A stretch of DNA of 64,000 bases from an uncultured Planctomycetota bacterium. GTDB taxonomy: Bacteria > Planctomycetota > Planctomycetia > Pirellulales > Lacipirellulaceae. The notes beneath the pieces are model-generated. The model made no database searches. It was not told where the DNA came from and worked only from the letters and a program-made list of their open reading frames with translations. Numbering within the stretch: the stretch's first letter is position 1; each line of letters starts with the position of its first letter. The position numbers and the translations under genes were made by a program. This document shows, piece after piece, positions 44,621-55,913 of this stretch. Location of the stretch: assembly GCA_963719315.1 (NCBI GenBank), contig CAVRBU010000006.1, positions 246,801-310,800 of the forward strand, read 5' to 3'.

Positions 44621-44968
44621 TCACTTGCGGCCCTCGAGAATTCTTTTCAGGACCACGGCCTCGTTGTGTTCCTCATCTCGCGCACCGTAGACCAAGGTGA
44701 CGGTGCGTTCCGCGCTCTTTTGCCTCAACAATTCGAGGGCGTCCTGCTTGTCTCGGAGTTCCTTCCGGTAGCGGACCTGAAACTGCTTCCATTTGGCGGG
44801 ATCGTGATCGAACCACTTGCGCAGCTCCGTGCTCGGAGCCAACTCTTTGAGCCACAACTTCACCGCTGCGCGCTCTTTGCTCAACCCGCGCGGCCACAAT
44901 CGGTCGACCAGAACTCGCAGGCCGTCTCTACGAGACGGTTTTTCGTATACTCGCTTAAGTTGGATCAC
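44621..44968 (-). CDS. DUF488 (YeaO-like) protein
   Basis: IQLKRVYE...RVLVDRLWPRGLSKE...APSTELRKWF...HNEAVVL. Confidence 0.88.
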   Translation of the reverse strand: MIQLKRVYEKPSRRDGLRVLVDRLWPRGLSKERAAVKLWLKELAPSTELRKWFDHDPAKWKQFQVRYRKELRDKQDALELLRQKSAERTVTLVYGARDEEHNEAVVLKRILEGRK

Positions 44969-45081
44969 TTCTTTTGGTCTCCTCGCCGCTAGCGCCGAAT
45001 TCGCACCTCGAACTGTTTCCTTTCCGTCGATTCGAGCTTGCGATCCATTCGGCTACCTGTACAGGAACGTGCGAATTGACC

Positions 45082-45324
45082 TCACAGCATGCTGGGGGAC
45101 GGATTGTGTACGACATTCGCGGGGTCTTCGTCGGTCAGTGGTTGGCTGGACTTCTGCCAAGCCTCGTAACTTGCCAGCGGACTGCCTTGCTCGAACTTGC
45201 CGCGATTCTCGCCGAGGTCCTTCAACGTCGCCCAGCGAACTTAGGCCAACAACTGCTGCTCGGAGTTGAACGTGGCTACAAGGCGGCGGTCAACGCCTTT
45301 TTTCGATCCGTAGAGATAATGCAT
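45082..45324 (-). pseudogene. Small hypothetical gene interrupted by one in-frame TAA (45241-45243)
   Basis: AAGGAG RBS; MHYLYGSKKGVDRRLVATFNSEQQLLA*VRWATLKD...NPSPSML; same orientation as neighbours. Confidence 0.55.
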
Positions 45325-45353
45325 CGGTGGTCTCCTTGTTGAGCAAACGCGTC

Positions 45354-45692
45354 TCAGTGTTTCACGGGTTTTAGCAGGATCGTCACCAGCAGCGACGAAT
45401 CCTGTACCGCCCGCAGCGCGTGTTCGTCGCCTCCGCTAAGGTAGAGCAATTGGCCGGGCGTCAACTCCTGCTCTTTCCCGCGGGCGGTGAAGACCGCTTT
45501 CCCTTCGAGGCATTGCACGGTGATTTCGCCGGGCACGGCGTGCGGGTCGATCTGCTTGCCGGCGGGCAGCACGAGGCGGAGCACTTCCAAAGCATCGGTT
45601 TTTACCAGCGTCGTAGTTTGCTCCGCGGGCAGGTTCTCGCCCAATGGGGAAATGTCGATTACTTCGGCCGGATGTGCGTGATGGATGGCCAT
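45354..45692 (-). CDS. Cupin domain protein
   Basis: HAVPGEITVQCLEG...LYLSGGDEHALRA. Confidence 0.85.
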   Translation of the reverse strand: MAIHHAHPAEVIDISPLGENLPAEQTTTLVKTDALEVLRLVLPAGKQIDPHAVPGEITVQCLEGKAVFTARGKEQELTPGQLLYLSGGDEHALRAVQDSSLLVTILLKPVKH

Positions 45693-45817
45693 TAGAACTC
45701 TCTTGTGTCGTGCTTACGGACTTGCGAAACGAATGCCCCGTGCGTAATTGCCTCCGCATGAGGGGCCACAATCGGAGCGGTCGCCTTGACGATGGCGATG
45801 GTCTGTTCGGTGAGCAT
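45692..45817 (-). pseudogene. Truncated flavohaemoglobin/globin N-terminus
   Basis: MLTEQTIAIVKATAPIVAPHAEAIT resembles the Hmp A/B helices, then similarity stops; 41 aa. Confidence 0.65.
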
Positions 45818-45979
45818 GGAAGCCTCGCGATTTTTGTCTTTGGGAGGGGGATGCCAATTACGGCAAATCAATTGAAGGCCGAGAAGCGGCCTGGGTGGGT
45901 GTTTCACCAGTCCAATATAGGGCTTGAATAGTACACGTCAAGATGTAGAATTGGCGGAGTCGCTTGTGAGGAGAACCGC

Positions 45980-46404
45980 ATGCTTCCCAAGACCGCCGAG
46001 TATGCCCTGCGTGCCGCCGTTTGGTTGGGCGCGATCCCGATCAGACACAATCGGCCGACCATCTCGCCGAACGCACGCAAGTGCCGCGGCGATACCTGCA
46101 CAAGGTCTTGCAGGATCTGGTTCGCGCGCAACTCGTGCGTTCACACTCCGGGCCGGGCGGCGGTTATGCGCTCGTCCGTGCGCCGCAAAAGATCACCATT
46201 CTGGATGTCGTAAATGCCGTAGCGCCGCTGGAGCGAATTCGTCGTTGCCCGTTGGGTTTGACGTCGCATACGCGGCTCTGCCCGCTGCACAAGGAATTGG
46301 ATCGCGTTTATGCGGCGACGGAGAAAGCGCTCGCCAATGTAACGCTCGCGCAATTGCTACGATCGACCAGCCAGATTGAGTCGCTCTGCGAGGTGACACG
46401 ATGA
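45980..46404 (+). CDS. Rrf2 family transcriptional regulator (frameshift near 46030)
   Basis: MLPKTAEYALRA, YLHKVLQDL, GPGGGY, ITILDVV, CPLG...LCPLH. Confidence 0.88.
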
Positions 46405-46529
46405 AAGCGTGACACCCACGATCGTCGTAAAAGTAATGTCGAAATCTAGACTCCGATTCAATTCCGTTGACCGGACCATTGGGTAGGTGTCCAATTGGCC
46501 AACACTTTTTCATACTGGGACGGATTTCC

Positions 46530-47600
46530 ATGAGGCGAGAAGTTCTCGTAGCGACGCTGGTGGGCACCCTGGCGACGATCCTCCTCGCGGTCTTGATCGT
46601 CATTGGGTCGCGTCGCCTGGCTCATATCGATGCTGCGCTGGTTGGCTACACCTTCGCCACGTTGTTCAGCGTGTTTGGAATTACCTATCGCTACGCGATG
46701 TGGCTGCAACGCCCGCCGACGTGGATGTATTGGAAGCGCGGTTGGCAGCTGTTCCTCGATCCGCGCCATCTGTCCAGCAATCTTGTGTCCTGGGCACGCC
46801 GTCTGTTTAATGCCTTCGTGATTAATCGGTTCATTTGGCTCCGCGGCGCAACGCGCGGCGCAGCCCATTGGTTGATCATGTGGGGCTGCATTCTGGCGGC
46901 CGCGATTACCTTTCCACTTGTTTTTGGCTGGATCCATTTTGTCATCGTGGGCGACAAATTCGAGCGATACCGTGTCGTGATCTTCGGATTCGAGACGTTT
47001 TCGTTTCCCATCGAGTCGATTCTGGGCGCCGTCATCTTTCATGGTCTGGTGTGGTCCGCCTTCCTGGTCATCGCCGGCGTGATGATCGCCATGCGCCGGC
47101 GAATGCGCGACCGCGACGCCGCTGCGCTGCAAACATTTGGCGAAGACGTTATGCCGCTGGTGCTTTTGTTCGCGATCAGCATCACGGGACTGATGCTCGT
47201 CGTCAGCTATGAATGGATGCGAGGGTACGGTTACGAATTCCTCGCCATTGTGCATGCGGCCGTGGTGATTGGAACGCTGGTCTGGCTACCGTTCGGGAAG
47301 TTCTTTCATGTTTTTCAGCGGCCGGCCCAACTTGGCGTTGCTTTCTATAAGGACGCCGGCCAGCGGGGCGAACAAGCGCGCTGCGCACGGTGCGGCGAGA
47401 GCTACGCCTCGCAAATGCACGTGAACGACCTGATCGAAGTCGAACGCCAGCTCGGCTACCAATACGAAACGACGGATGGAACGATCGAGCACTATCAGCG
47501 CATCTGTCCTCGCTGCCGCCGGCTTTTGCCAGCGTTGGCGCAGGGTCGTCTATGGCAGGCGGTCGAGGATGATGCGACATCGATCATGAATGCGTCCTAA
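46530..47600 (+). CDS. NarI-like multi-pass membrane protein with C-terminal Cys cluster
   Basis: Several TMs, [24 protein letters not shown]...CPRC. Confidence 0.75.
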   Translation: MRREVLVATLVGTLATILLAVLIVIGSRRLAHIDAALVGYTFATLFSVFGITYRYAMWLQRPPTWMYWKRGWQLFLDPRHLSSNLVSWARRLFNAFVINRFIWLRGATRGAAHWLIMWGCILAAAITFPLVFGWIHFVIVGDKFERYRVVIFGFETFSFPIESILGAVIFHGLVWSAFLVIAGVMIAMRRRMRDRDAAALQTFGEDVMPLVLLFAISITGLMLVVSYEWMRGYGYEFLAIVHAAVVIGTLVWLPFGKFFHVFQRPAQLGVAFYKDAGQRGEQARCARCGESYASQMHVNDLIEVERQLGYQYETTDGTIEHYQRICPRCRRLLPALAQGRLWQAVEDDATSIMNAS

Positions 47601-47639
47601 TCCTAGTAATCCTAGTTACGCGATTGGACAATCAATACA

Positions 47640-49886
47640 ATGGCTCAGCCACCAGCGAATCCCCTGGCGATGATCGACGCTTTCGGTCCGCACCTGGCGT
47701 TTTCCAGCGGACAGCGGCTGGATCGCGGAGTCGCGCCGGATCGCCTCGTCAAAACGCACTGTTGCTTTTGCGGCCAGCAATGCGGCCTGCAACTTAAAGT
47801 GAAGGACAATGAAATCATCGGCTTCGAGCCCTGGGAGGAGTTTCCATTCAATCGCGGCATGCTCTGCCCGAAGGGCGTGAAACGCTACCTGCAAGGTTCC
47901 CACCCCGACCGGCTGATTCATGCCTACCGGCGCGATCCATCGTCGGCCAGCGGCTTCAGTTCACTCGAATACGAAGAGGCTATTCGGATCGTCGCCGAAA
48001 ACTTCCACCGCATTCAAACGGCGCACGGACCTTCCTCGATTGCCGTGCTCAGCGGCGCCAGCCTAACCACCGAAAAGACGTACTTGATGGGCAAGTTTGC
48101 CCGCGTCTGCCTTAAGACCGCCAACATAGATTACAATGGCCGGCTGTGCATGGTGAGCGCCGGCGCGGGAAACAAGAAGGCGTTCGGCATCGATCGGGCC
48201 GCGAACCCCTGGTCAGATATTCCCAAGGCGGAGATCGTGTGGATCAGCGGCGCGAATGTCGCCGAGTGCGCACCGATCACCACTAGCTACGTGTGGCAGG
48301 CTCGCGAATTTGGCGCGAAGATCATTGTCGTCGACCCGCGAATTACTCCGATCGCTCGGACGTGCGACTTGTTTCTGCCTGTGAAACCGGGTCGCGATGC
48401 GGCACTCTTCAACGGCATTCTTCAGCTCATGATCGAGCACGACTGGCTGGACCACGAATTCATCGAGCGGCACACCGTCGGCTTCGAGGCTGTCGCCGAG
48501 CACGTAAGAACGTGGACGCCCAAGAAAACGGCCGAGGTGACCGGCATCGCTGAGAAGGCGATCCGTCAGGCTGCCGAATGGTGGGGCACAGCAGGGAGCA
48601 GTTTTCTGTTGCACGCGCGCGGCATCGAACATCAGAGCCACGGCGTGCAGAATGTGCTCGGCGCGATCAACATCGTGCTCGCCTCTGGCCGGATTGGTCG
48701 CGAAGGCTGCGGGTATGCCACGATTACCGGCCAGGCGAACGGCCAGGGTGGACGGGAGCATGGGCAGAAGTGTGACCAGCTTCCCGGTGGGCGCGATCTG
48801 GCCAACCCGGAGCATCGGGCCTTTGTGGCCAAGGTTTGGGAAGTAAATCCGGCCGAACTACCGCAACCTGGCGTGGATGCCTACGAAATCTTCCGCGAAA
48901 TCGACCGAGGCGAAATCCGCGGGTTGCTTTCAATCTGTTTCAATCCGTTGGTATCGCTACCGGACAACAATTTCGTCGCCCGCATGTTGGAGAAGCTCGA
49001 CTTCTATGTGGCGATCGACTTCTTCCTCAACGATACGGCCCGCTACGCGGACATCGTCCTCCCCGGTTCTCTGCAAGAAGAAGATGAAGGCGCGGTCACG
49101 CAGATCGAGGGCCGCGTGATTAAAGTCAACAAGGCGGTCGATCCGCCGGGCGACGCGCGGCAGGATTGGCGGATTATTCAAGACATCGCCGCTGCCCTTG
49201 GCCGGCCGCGGGGTTTTACGTTTCGCGAGCCGCGCGAAATTTTCGACGAGCTGCGCCGCGCCAGCCAGGGCGGCGTCGCCGATTACTCGGGCATCACTTA
49301 CGAAAAGATCGAGCGGCAATTCGGCGTCTGCTGGCCTTGCCCGAGCGACGACCATCCCGGCACGCCGCGACTCTTCGAGCCGGGTTCTTGGAACCCGATT
49401 GCACGAGGCACTGGCGCGTTTTATTTTCCCGACGGCAAAGCGCGGTTCAACGTCGCCGAATACGGTCCGCCCGCGGAAGACGTCGACGACGAGTTTCCTG
49501 TGATCCTGACTACCGGCCGGGTCGTCAGTCAATTCCTTTCGGGTACGCAAACGCGCCGGATCGGTCCGCTCGTCGAGCAGTATCCGGAGCCGCGAATTGA
49601 GATTCATCCGCGGTTGGCGAAGCAATATGCGATTGCCGACGGCCAATGGATGACGGTCGAAAGCCGACGCGGAAAGGTCACGCTGCGTGCGCAGCTCGTG
49701 CGGACGATCCGCCCCGATACCGTGTTCGTTCCTTATCATTGGGCCGGCCCGAAAAGCATCAATCAATTGACTATCTCGGCCCAAGATCCGATCTCGAAGA
49801 TTCCCGAGTACAAAGTTTGCGCCGTCCGCATTCGGCCCGCCGAGGGTGAGCCTGAATACGCAAGCCAGCGCGAGCCACAACAGTAG
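47640..49886 (+). CDS. Molybdopterin oxidoreductase, NasA/NapA/FDH clade
   Basis: [25 protein letters not shown] (Cys ligand), [27 protein letters not shown]; no Tat leader. Confidence 0.9.
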   Translation: MAQPPANPLAMIDAFGPHLAFSSGQRLDRGVAPDRLVKTHCCFCGQQCGLQLKVKDNEIIGFEPWEEFPFNRGMLCPKGVKRYLQGSHPDRLIHAYRRDPSSASGFSSLEYEEAIRIVAENFHRIQTAHGPSSIAVLSGASLTTEKTYLMGKFARVCLKTANIDYNGRLCMVSAGAGNKKAFGIDRAANPWSDIPKAEIVWISGANVAECAPITTSYVWQAREFGAKIIVVDPRITPIARTCDLFLPVKPGRDAALFNGILQLMIEHDWLDHEFIERHTVGFEAVAEHVRTWTPKKTAEVTGIAEKAIRQAAEWWGTAGSSFLLHARGIEHQSHGVQNVLGAINIVLASGRIGREGCGYATITGQANGQGGREHGQKCDQLPGGRDLANPEHRAFVAKVWEVNPAELPQPGVDAYEIFREIDRGEIRGLLSICFNPLVSLPDNNFVARMLEKLDFYVAIDFFLNDTARYADIVLPGSLQEEDEGAVTQIEGRVIKVNKAVDPPGDARQDWRIIQDIAAALGRPRGFTFREPREIFDELRRASQGGVADYSGITYEKIERQFGVCWPCPSDDHPGTPRLFEPGSWNPIARGTGAFYFPDGKARFNVAEYGPPAEDVDDEFPVILTTGRVVSQFLSGTQTRRIGPLVEQYPEPRIEIHPRLAKQYAIADGQWMTVESRRGKVTLRAQLVRTIRPDTVFVPYHWAGPKSINQLTISAQDPISKIPEYKVCAVRIRPAEGEPEYASQREPQQ

Positions 49887-49896
49887 GAAACGAAGC

Positions 49897-50553
49897 GTGG
49901 CAAAACCCGGTCAGAAATTCTTTTTCATCGATCCCAACCGCTGCATCGGCTGCAAGGCGTGCGTCGAAGCGTGCAGCGAGTGTGATACGCACAAGGGCCA
50001 TTCGATGATTCACCTCGAATTCGTCGACCGCTCGACCTCTCCGCAAACGGTGCCCGTGGTCTGCATGCATTGCGACACGCCCACGTGCGCCGAAGTCTGC
50101 CCGGCGGACGCGATCAAGCGAACGGCGGACGGCGTGGTGCAAACGGCCCGCAAGCCGCGCTGCGTCGCCTGCAACAACTGCGTACTGGCCTGCCCCTTCG
50201 GCGTGCCGAAGATGAATAGCGGCTTCGAACTCATGATGAAGTGCGACATGTGCTACGACCGCACATCGGTGGGCCGGCAGCCGATGTGTACCACCGTTTG
50301 CCCCAGCCGCGCGTTACACTACGGAACGTGGGAGGAAATCGAACAGATGCGGCCGCGCTCGGCCCCGCACAACAAGTTCCTGTTCGGCAAGCAGGAGGTT
50401 CGCACCAAGGTCTACATGATGGTTCCCCGCGACGCTCAACCCGAATACATCGACGTGCTCTCGGTTCTCGAAGACGGTGCCATTTCTTCGTATGAAGATG
50501 ACGAGGACGATCCGATGCTGTCAAACCTATTCAACATTCTTGAGGGATCTTGA
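49897..50553 (+). CDS. 4Fe-4S dicluster ferredoxin subunit
   Basis: [15 protein letters not shown]...C...[19 protein letters not shown]...CP. Confidence 0.9.
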   Translation: MAKPGQKFFFIDPNRCIGCKACVEACSECDTHKGHSMIHLEFVDRSTSPQTVPVVCMHCDTPTCAEVCPADAIKRTADGVVQTARKPRCVACNNCVLACPFGVPKMNSGFELMMKCDMCYDRTSVGRQPMCTTVCPSRALHYGTWEEIEQMRPRSAPHNKFLFGKQEVRTKVYMMVPRDAQPEYIDVLSVLEDGAISSYEDDEDDPMLSNLFNILEGS

Positions 50554-50557
50554 GGCC

Positions 50558-51109
50558 ATGGCGATCGATCTTGATCCAGAACTGCATACGATTCCCCCGG
50601 ACCGGGGCGAGATGGAGGATCAGCCGACGTGGCGGCGCGACTTCCCCATCGATTCGGTCCAGGATGCTTATGTCGCGCGGCGTGATTTCACGAAATTCTT
50701 GGGTCTGACGAGTCTCGCTCTGGCCGTGGGGCAGGTCTGGATCGGTCTCCAAAGTCGTTGGCGCCACGCGCGCGGCAAGTGGCCGATCGTCGCCGTCGGC
50801 GAATTGAATCAAGTCAGCGTTGGCGGCGCGCTCGCGTTTCGCTACCCAACCGACACCGATCCGGCCATCCTGCTGCGCCCGGATGCGGGCCGCCTGCTGG
50901 CGTACAGCAGCCAATGCACGCACCTGCAATGTCCGGTGTTGCCGGAGATCGAGCAGGGGCGGCTCCACTGCCCGTGCCATGCAGGTTATTTCGACATGAA
51001 CTCCGGCCGGCCGATTGCCGGGCCGCCGCGGCGTCCGCTGCCGCGGATTTCCGTCGAAGTGCGTGGCGGCACGATCTATGCAACCGGATTCGAGGAGTTT
51101 GAGACATGA
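50558..51109 (+). CDS. Rieske 2Fe-2S protein with Tat-like anchor
   Basis: ARRDFTK, CTHLQC, CPCHAGYF, GPPRRPL. Confidence 0.9.
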   Translation: MAIDLDPELHTIPPDRGEMEDQPTWRRDFPIDSVQDAYVARRDFTKFLGLTSLALAVGQVWIGLQSRWRHARGKWPIVAVGELNQVSVGGALAFRYPTDTDPAILLRPDAGRLLAYSSQCTHLQCPVLPEIEQGRLHCPCHAGYFDMNSGRPIAGPPRRPLPRISVEVRGGTIYATGFEEFET

Positions 51110-51333
51110 GCGACCGTCGTCCACTTTCGCGTCAGGAGCGCACGATCATCGTCAGTGGTATTTTGTGCGTCGTCCTGACGCTGGTCGTCATGCAGTTGTG
51201 GCTGATTTCCGCCACGATGAACGCCTGGCTGGGCGGCGACGAGTCCATCGTCTGGCCGGCAGCGCTCGCCAGCGGCGGTTGCTTTTTACTGAACGCCGGG
51301 CTGCTGTGGTATCTTTTCCAACTCGATCGCTAA
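51106..51333 (+). CDS. Small two-TM membrane protein (DUF6755-like)
   Basis: QLWLISATMNAWLGG...WPAALASG; ATGA overlap with Rieske gene. Confidence 0.7.
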   Translation: MSDRRPLSRQERTIIVSGILCVVLTLVVMQLWLISATMNAWLGGDESIVWPAALASGGCFLLNAGLLWYLFQLDR

Positions 51334-51337
51334 GCGC

Positions 51338-52387
51338 ATGTCGACAACTCCGCAATATGGGCCGTCGAATTCCGCGATTGCCGAGCTTCACCCGGCATCG
51401 TTCGCGATCGTTATGGCGACCGGGATCGTTTCCGTCGCGGCGCAGCTCCGCGGATTCCATGCCATCGCGCTGCCGCTGCTGTGGCTGAACCTCGTTTTCT
51501 ACGGCGTCCTGTGGGTGCTCACGTCGATTCGTGTTGTTCGTTATCCGCATCGCGTGGTGGCCGATCTATGGGACCACAATCGCTCGGTGGGCTTCTTCAC
51601 GATCTGCGCCGCGACGTGCGTGTTGGGAAATCAATTCGTTGTCGTCCACAGCGTGCCCCGCGTGGCCATTGGACTATGGTTTTTCGGCATCGCGCTGTGG
51701 GCGGTAAGCACGTATGTGATTTTTACGGTCCTGACGGTGAAGGCGATCAAGCCTTCCGTCGAAGAGGGGCTCAACGGCGGGTGGCTCGTGGCCGTCGTGG
51801 CCGCCCAAGCGGTTGCCACGCTCGGCGGTTTATTGGCGCCACAGTTCGGTGCATCGCGCGAGCTAGCCCTGTTCTTCAGTCTGATCGTGTGGCTCGGCGG
51901 CGGCGTGCTCTATGTCTGGATCATTACGCTGATCTTCTATCGCTACACGTTTCTGCCGCTCGATCCTCGCCAGCTCGCGCCGCCCTATTGGATCAACATG
52001 GGCGCGGTGGCGATTTCGACCTTGGCGGGCACCTTGTTAATCAGCAATGCGCCGCAGTCGCCTTTCTTGACGACGCTGTTGCCATTTCTTACTGGGCTGA
52101 CGCTGTTGTTTTGGGCCACCGCGACCTGGTGGATCCCGCTGCTGATTGCCCTCGGGTTCTGGCGGCACGTCTTGCGCCGGGTGCCCTTCCACTACGACGT
52201 CGTCTATTGGAGCGCCGTCTTCCCGCTCGGCATGTACACGGCATGCACTCACCGATTGGTGAACGACACCGGCCAAACTTTTCTTGAATTCATACCGCGG
52301 TATTTTATTTTCATTGCCTTGGCGGCCTGGGTGGTGACCTTTCTGGGACTACTCTCGCACATCGTGCGATGGCTTATGCGAGGTTGA
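51338..52387 (+). CDS. TDT/SLAC1 family anion transporter
   Basis: PASFAIVMATGIVS, PPYWINMGAVAIS, YWSAVFPLGMY. Confidence 0.85.
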   Translation: MSTTPQYGPSNSAIAELHPASFAIVMATGIVSVAAQLRGFHAIALPLLWLNLVFYGVLWVLTSIRVVRYPHRVVADLWDHNRSVGFFTICAATCVLGNQFVVVHSVPRVAIGLWFFGIALWAVSTYVIFTVLTVKAIKPSVEEGLNGGWLVAVVAAQAVATLGGLLAPQFGASRELALFFSLIVWLGGGVLYVWIITLIFYRYTFLPLDPRQLAPPYWINMGAVAISTLAGTLLISNAPQSPFLTTLLPFLTGLTLLFWATATWWIPLLIALGFWRHVLRRVPFHYDVVYWSAVFPLGMYTACTHRLVNDTGQTFLEFIPRYFIFIALAAWVVTFLGLLSHIVRWLMRG

Positions 52388-52394
52388 ACGATAA

Positions 52395-52814
52395 ATGGAC
52401 GCAGCTTTCGATCAAGTGGTTGCAAGTTACCACCGCGCTCGTGAATCCGGTCAGTTGTTCGACACGTTTTATCAAATCTTCCTGACCAAGTCGCCCGAGA
52501 TTCCATCCATGTTCGCGCGGACCGATTTCCCGCATCAGAACCTGATGCTGCGTGAATCGATCTTGGAAATGCTGTTGTTCGCGCAGACCGGTGCTGGCCA
52601 GGCTGAAATCGAGCGGCTGGCCCGCCGACATCGCCAGTTGAATGTGGCGCCGAGGCACTACGAACTGTGGCTTGATGCCCTCTGCGAGGCATTGGCCGCA
52701 CACGATTGTGAGTTCAACTCGACGTTAGAGCGAATGTGGCGCGATGCGATGCGGAAAGGCATCCAGCTAATGTCAGCAATAGCAGAGCTGCCTTCACAGA
52801 ATCATTCAACGTAG
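52395..52814 (+). CDS. Single-domain globin
   Basis: FYQIFLTKSPEIPSMFARTDF..Q, LARRH, HYELWLDAL, W..AM..GI. Confidence 0.82.
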   Translation: MDAAFDQVVASYHRARESGQLFDTFYQIFLTKSPEIPSMFARTDFPHQNLMLRESILEMLLFAQTGAGQAEIERLARRHRQLNVAPRHYELWLDALCEALAAHDCEFNSTLERMWRDAMRKGIQLMSAIAELPSQNHST

Positions 52815-53037
52815 CTGGTATTTCTTCAAGGTTGTATGCCGACGTTGATGCTTCGATGCTTATCGAATCATGAACTCATGTCGTGTCCTGGATGTACCGT
52901 TGTGCGTCCCATCCACAACCGTCACTTCGACTCTACGAGCTGGAACGATCTTTCGATCCGCGACGATGACAACGTAAACGGCATAGCGGTGGTCCAGGCC
53001 GGAGCTCGGTTTGTATAGAACTCAAACTGAACAGCCG

Positions 53038-53182
53038 AACCGCCAAGGTCGCCAAGAATGCCAAGAAAAGCGGAGAGAAATCAACTCGGCATACAGTTTG
53101 TTCGTGAAAGGCCGTTCCGGCAGTCTATCGCGTTCTAATCGCAATAACTGAAGACTTGGTGCTCTTGGCGTGCTTGGCGGTT
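53038..53182. repeat. Inverted pair of 9-bp-period triplets (CGCCAAGnn)
   Basis: AACCGCCAAGGTCGCCAAGAATGCCAAG ... CTTGGTGCTCTTGGCGTGCTTGGCGGTT. Confidence 0.7.
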
Positions 53183-53333
53183 TTCACTTTGAGTATTGAA
53201 CAAAGGTCGTGCGACGCTGATCTCGAGTCCTGGTCTGTCGTCTATTCAAGCGAGAATTCAGGATCGGGCCGTCGTCAAAATCGCAATTCCGAACGGTAAC
53301 ATCTTTAATCGACGAGCAGTTATACTGGTTGAC

Positions 53334-55473
53334 GTGACTGTTCTTCGGGCCAAGGCCGGAAATTTTCTGATCGCGGTATCGCTGTTGACGGTGAGCGGTT
53401 TCCGCTGCGCCGCAGCCCCCAGTTTCACTTCCGGCATCCAGACCGGAAGCATCCAAAACAACTCCGTCCATGAGGCTTCGGGAATCGTTGCCAGCCGGAG
53501 GAACGCCAACGTGCTGTGGACGCACAACGATTCGGGGAACGCGGCCCAGATATTTCCGATGACATCGGCCGGAACGAATTTGGGCACATACACCATCTCC
53601 GGCGCCAGCAACGTCGATTGGGAAGACATAGCCGCCGGCCCAGGTCCGCTGGCCGGGATGCAGTACTTGTACATCGGCGACACCGGAGACAACGATGCGA
53701 AGCGCTCCACGATCGCGGTCTACCGCGTGCCCGAGCCGGTGGTGAGCGACCTCCAATCGCCCGTTACCACGTCCCTTTCCGGGGCGGACAAGTTCACCTT
53801 CAAATACCCCGACGGCCCCCGCGACGCCGAGAGCTTGTTTGTCGATCCGCTCAGCCGAGATATCTACATTGTTTCCAATCGCGAGAACCCCAAGCGGCTT
53901 TATCGAGCCGCGTATCCTCAATCCACAAGTGGGACCACTACGCTCGAACTGATGACCACCTTCCACACCGACTCCAATTTGCTCAGCGCTGTCGACATCT
54001 CCCCAGACGGCAACGAAATCATCGCCCGCTCCACCGAAAATGCCTCCGGGCGGCTGTACCAGCGCCCCGCCGGCGGCTCAATTTCGGATGCCTTCAACGT
54101 CGCGCCGATTACGATTCCGCTATCGAACGAAAGTCAGGGCGAGTCGATCGGCTTCGATCCTTATGGCCGGGGCTACTACACAACCAGCGAGGGCAGCAAC
54201 AAGCCCATCTATTATTTCAACCGACTGCCGGCGCCAGCCGGAACCCTATATTGGGACAACGACGGCGTGGCCGCGGGCAGTTACATTTCCACGGGCGCGG
54301 GAATTGGCGGCAGCGGCACTTGGAACACTACCGCACTGAAATGGTACAACGGCAGCTCGGACATTCCCTGGGTCAACGGCAATGACGCGGTGTTTTGGGG
54401 AACGGCCGGCACCGTCACCCTGGCCGCCGGCCAATCCGTAAACAGCGTGACGTTCAAGCGCAATGGCTATCTCTTAACCGCCTCAACGCTCACTCTCGCG
54501 GGGCCGTCGATCACGGTCGATTCCGGCGTCGCGGCAACCATCAGTTCAACGGTGGCGGGATCCGCAGGAATGGCAAAGAACGGCAGCGGAACGCTCAATC
54601 TCACTCACTCCAACGACTACACCGGAGGCACAACAATCAATGGTGGCACGCTAATGGTGATGAACACCACCGGCAGCGGCACAGGCACGGGGCCGGTGGT
54701 TGTCAATTCGGGCGCCACGCTCGGCGGGACCGGCAAGATCGCAGGCGCTGTCATCGTTGTTGGCGGCGCTCACATTGCGCCGGGCGCGAGCATTGAATCG
54801 CTCGAACGTCGGATCGCTGACGTTAGTCGCCGGCTCGATCCTCGACTTCGAACTGGACACCGTCCTTGGCGTGGATAAGAGCGACCTGATTAACGTCACC
54901 ACGGCGAACGGTCTGACGATCAGTAGCGGCACGCTCAATCTCACAAACGCGGGCAGCATGACCACCGGCAACTACATGCTCATTGACTACTCTGGTTCGC
55001 TTAACGGTAACGTAAACAGTATCGCACTGGGCACCAAGCCGGCCGGCTTCAGCTATAGTCTGGTTAACAACGTGTCCAACAAGTCGATCGATCTCTTGGT
55101 GACGTCGAATGGCGACTTTAACGGCGATGGCACTGTCGATGCCGCCGACTATGTCCTCTGGCGTAAGGGTCTGGGCGCCAAATTCACACCGGCTGACTAC
55201 GATGCGTGGCGGTCCCACTTGGGACAGACAACTTCGTCTGGCGACTTTAACGGCGACGGCACAGTCGATGCCGCCGACTACGTCCTCTGGCGCAAGGGCC
55301 TAGGCACGAAGTTCGCACCGACCGACTACGGTACGTGGCGCGCTCACTTCGGCCAATCCGCGGGCAGCGGCACCGGTGTCAGTGCGAATGCCGCCGTTCC
55401 CGAACCGGTAACATTGGTATTGCTGATGTTTGCGCCGGCTGGTTCGTGTTTCCGCCGACGCCGCGCCACCTAG
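53334..55473 (+). CDS. PEP-CTERM protein with beta-propeller-like N-terminus, autotransporter-associated beta-strand repeat and two dockerin-like repeats (frameshift near 54805)
   Basis: EASG, THNDSG, DWED, GDTGDN; KNGSGTLNL...YTGGTTINGGTL; GDFNGDGTVDAADY x2; VPEP. Confidence 0.85.
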
Positions 55474-55543
55474 AAAGTGTCAAAACCGATTGACGCGTGA
55501 CTTTTAGAATTGGAAGGTGCAGGGGGATCGCAAATATGTCCCT

Positions 55544-55750
55544 CACGCCGAAGGCGTTGAATCTTTCAGCCAGGGTTCTCCGCCACGGCGGACTACCCTG
55601 GGAGCGCGAATCGACATTCAATCTTACCCAGAAGGGGTTGCAGAGAACGATGGAACCCTTTCAAGGTAAACCTATGATTCTTGGCTCCTACCCAGGGTAG
55701 TCCGCCGGAGCGGACAACCCTTGGCTGATCGACGTAATGCCTTCGGCATA
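55544..55750. repeat. Long imperfect palindromic element (REP/MITE-like)
   Basis: ACGCCGAAGGCGT...CAGCCAGGGTT..CCGCC..GGCGGACTACCCTGGG mirrored by CCCAGGGTAGTCCGCC..GCGGACAACCCTTGGCTG...GCCTTCGGCAT. Confidence 0.65.
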
Positions 55751-55786
55751 TTTGAATCCACCAGATTATTGTTGAACCTTTCCTAA

Positions 55787-55892
55787 GGATTAGCCGCAAG
55801 GCGCTAGCCCGCGGTCATCGTCGCTCCAACCGTAAACTAGCGCCTGCGGCTGATCTGTCCAACTCCAATCTTTGATTTTGACAAGGCACTGG
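55787..55892. repeat. Partial inverted copy of the 36861-36993 MITE-like element
   Basis: GGATTAGCCGC..GGCGCTAGCCC...CTAGCGCCTGCGGCTGAT...TGACAAGGCACTGG. Confidence 0.6.
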
Positions 55893-55913
55893 CGCCCTTT
55901 CTTTCACAACTTA

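Noticed and set aside
45241..45243. Stop-codon readthrough linked to the odd tRNA
   Set aside because: Single TAA is one substitution from a Tyr codon; mutation or base-call error is simpler, and the tRNA loop centres on UAU.
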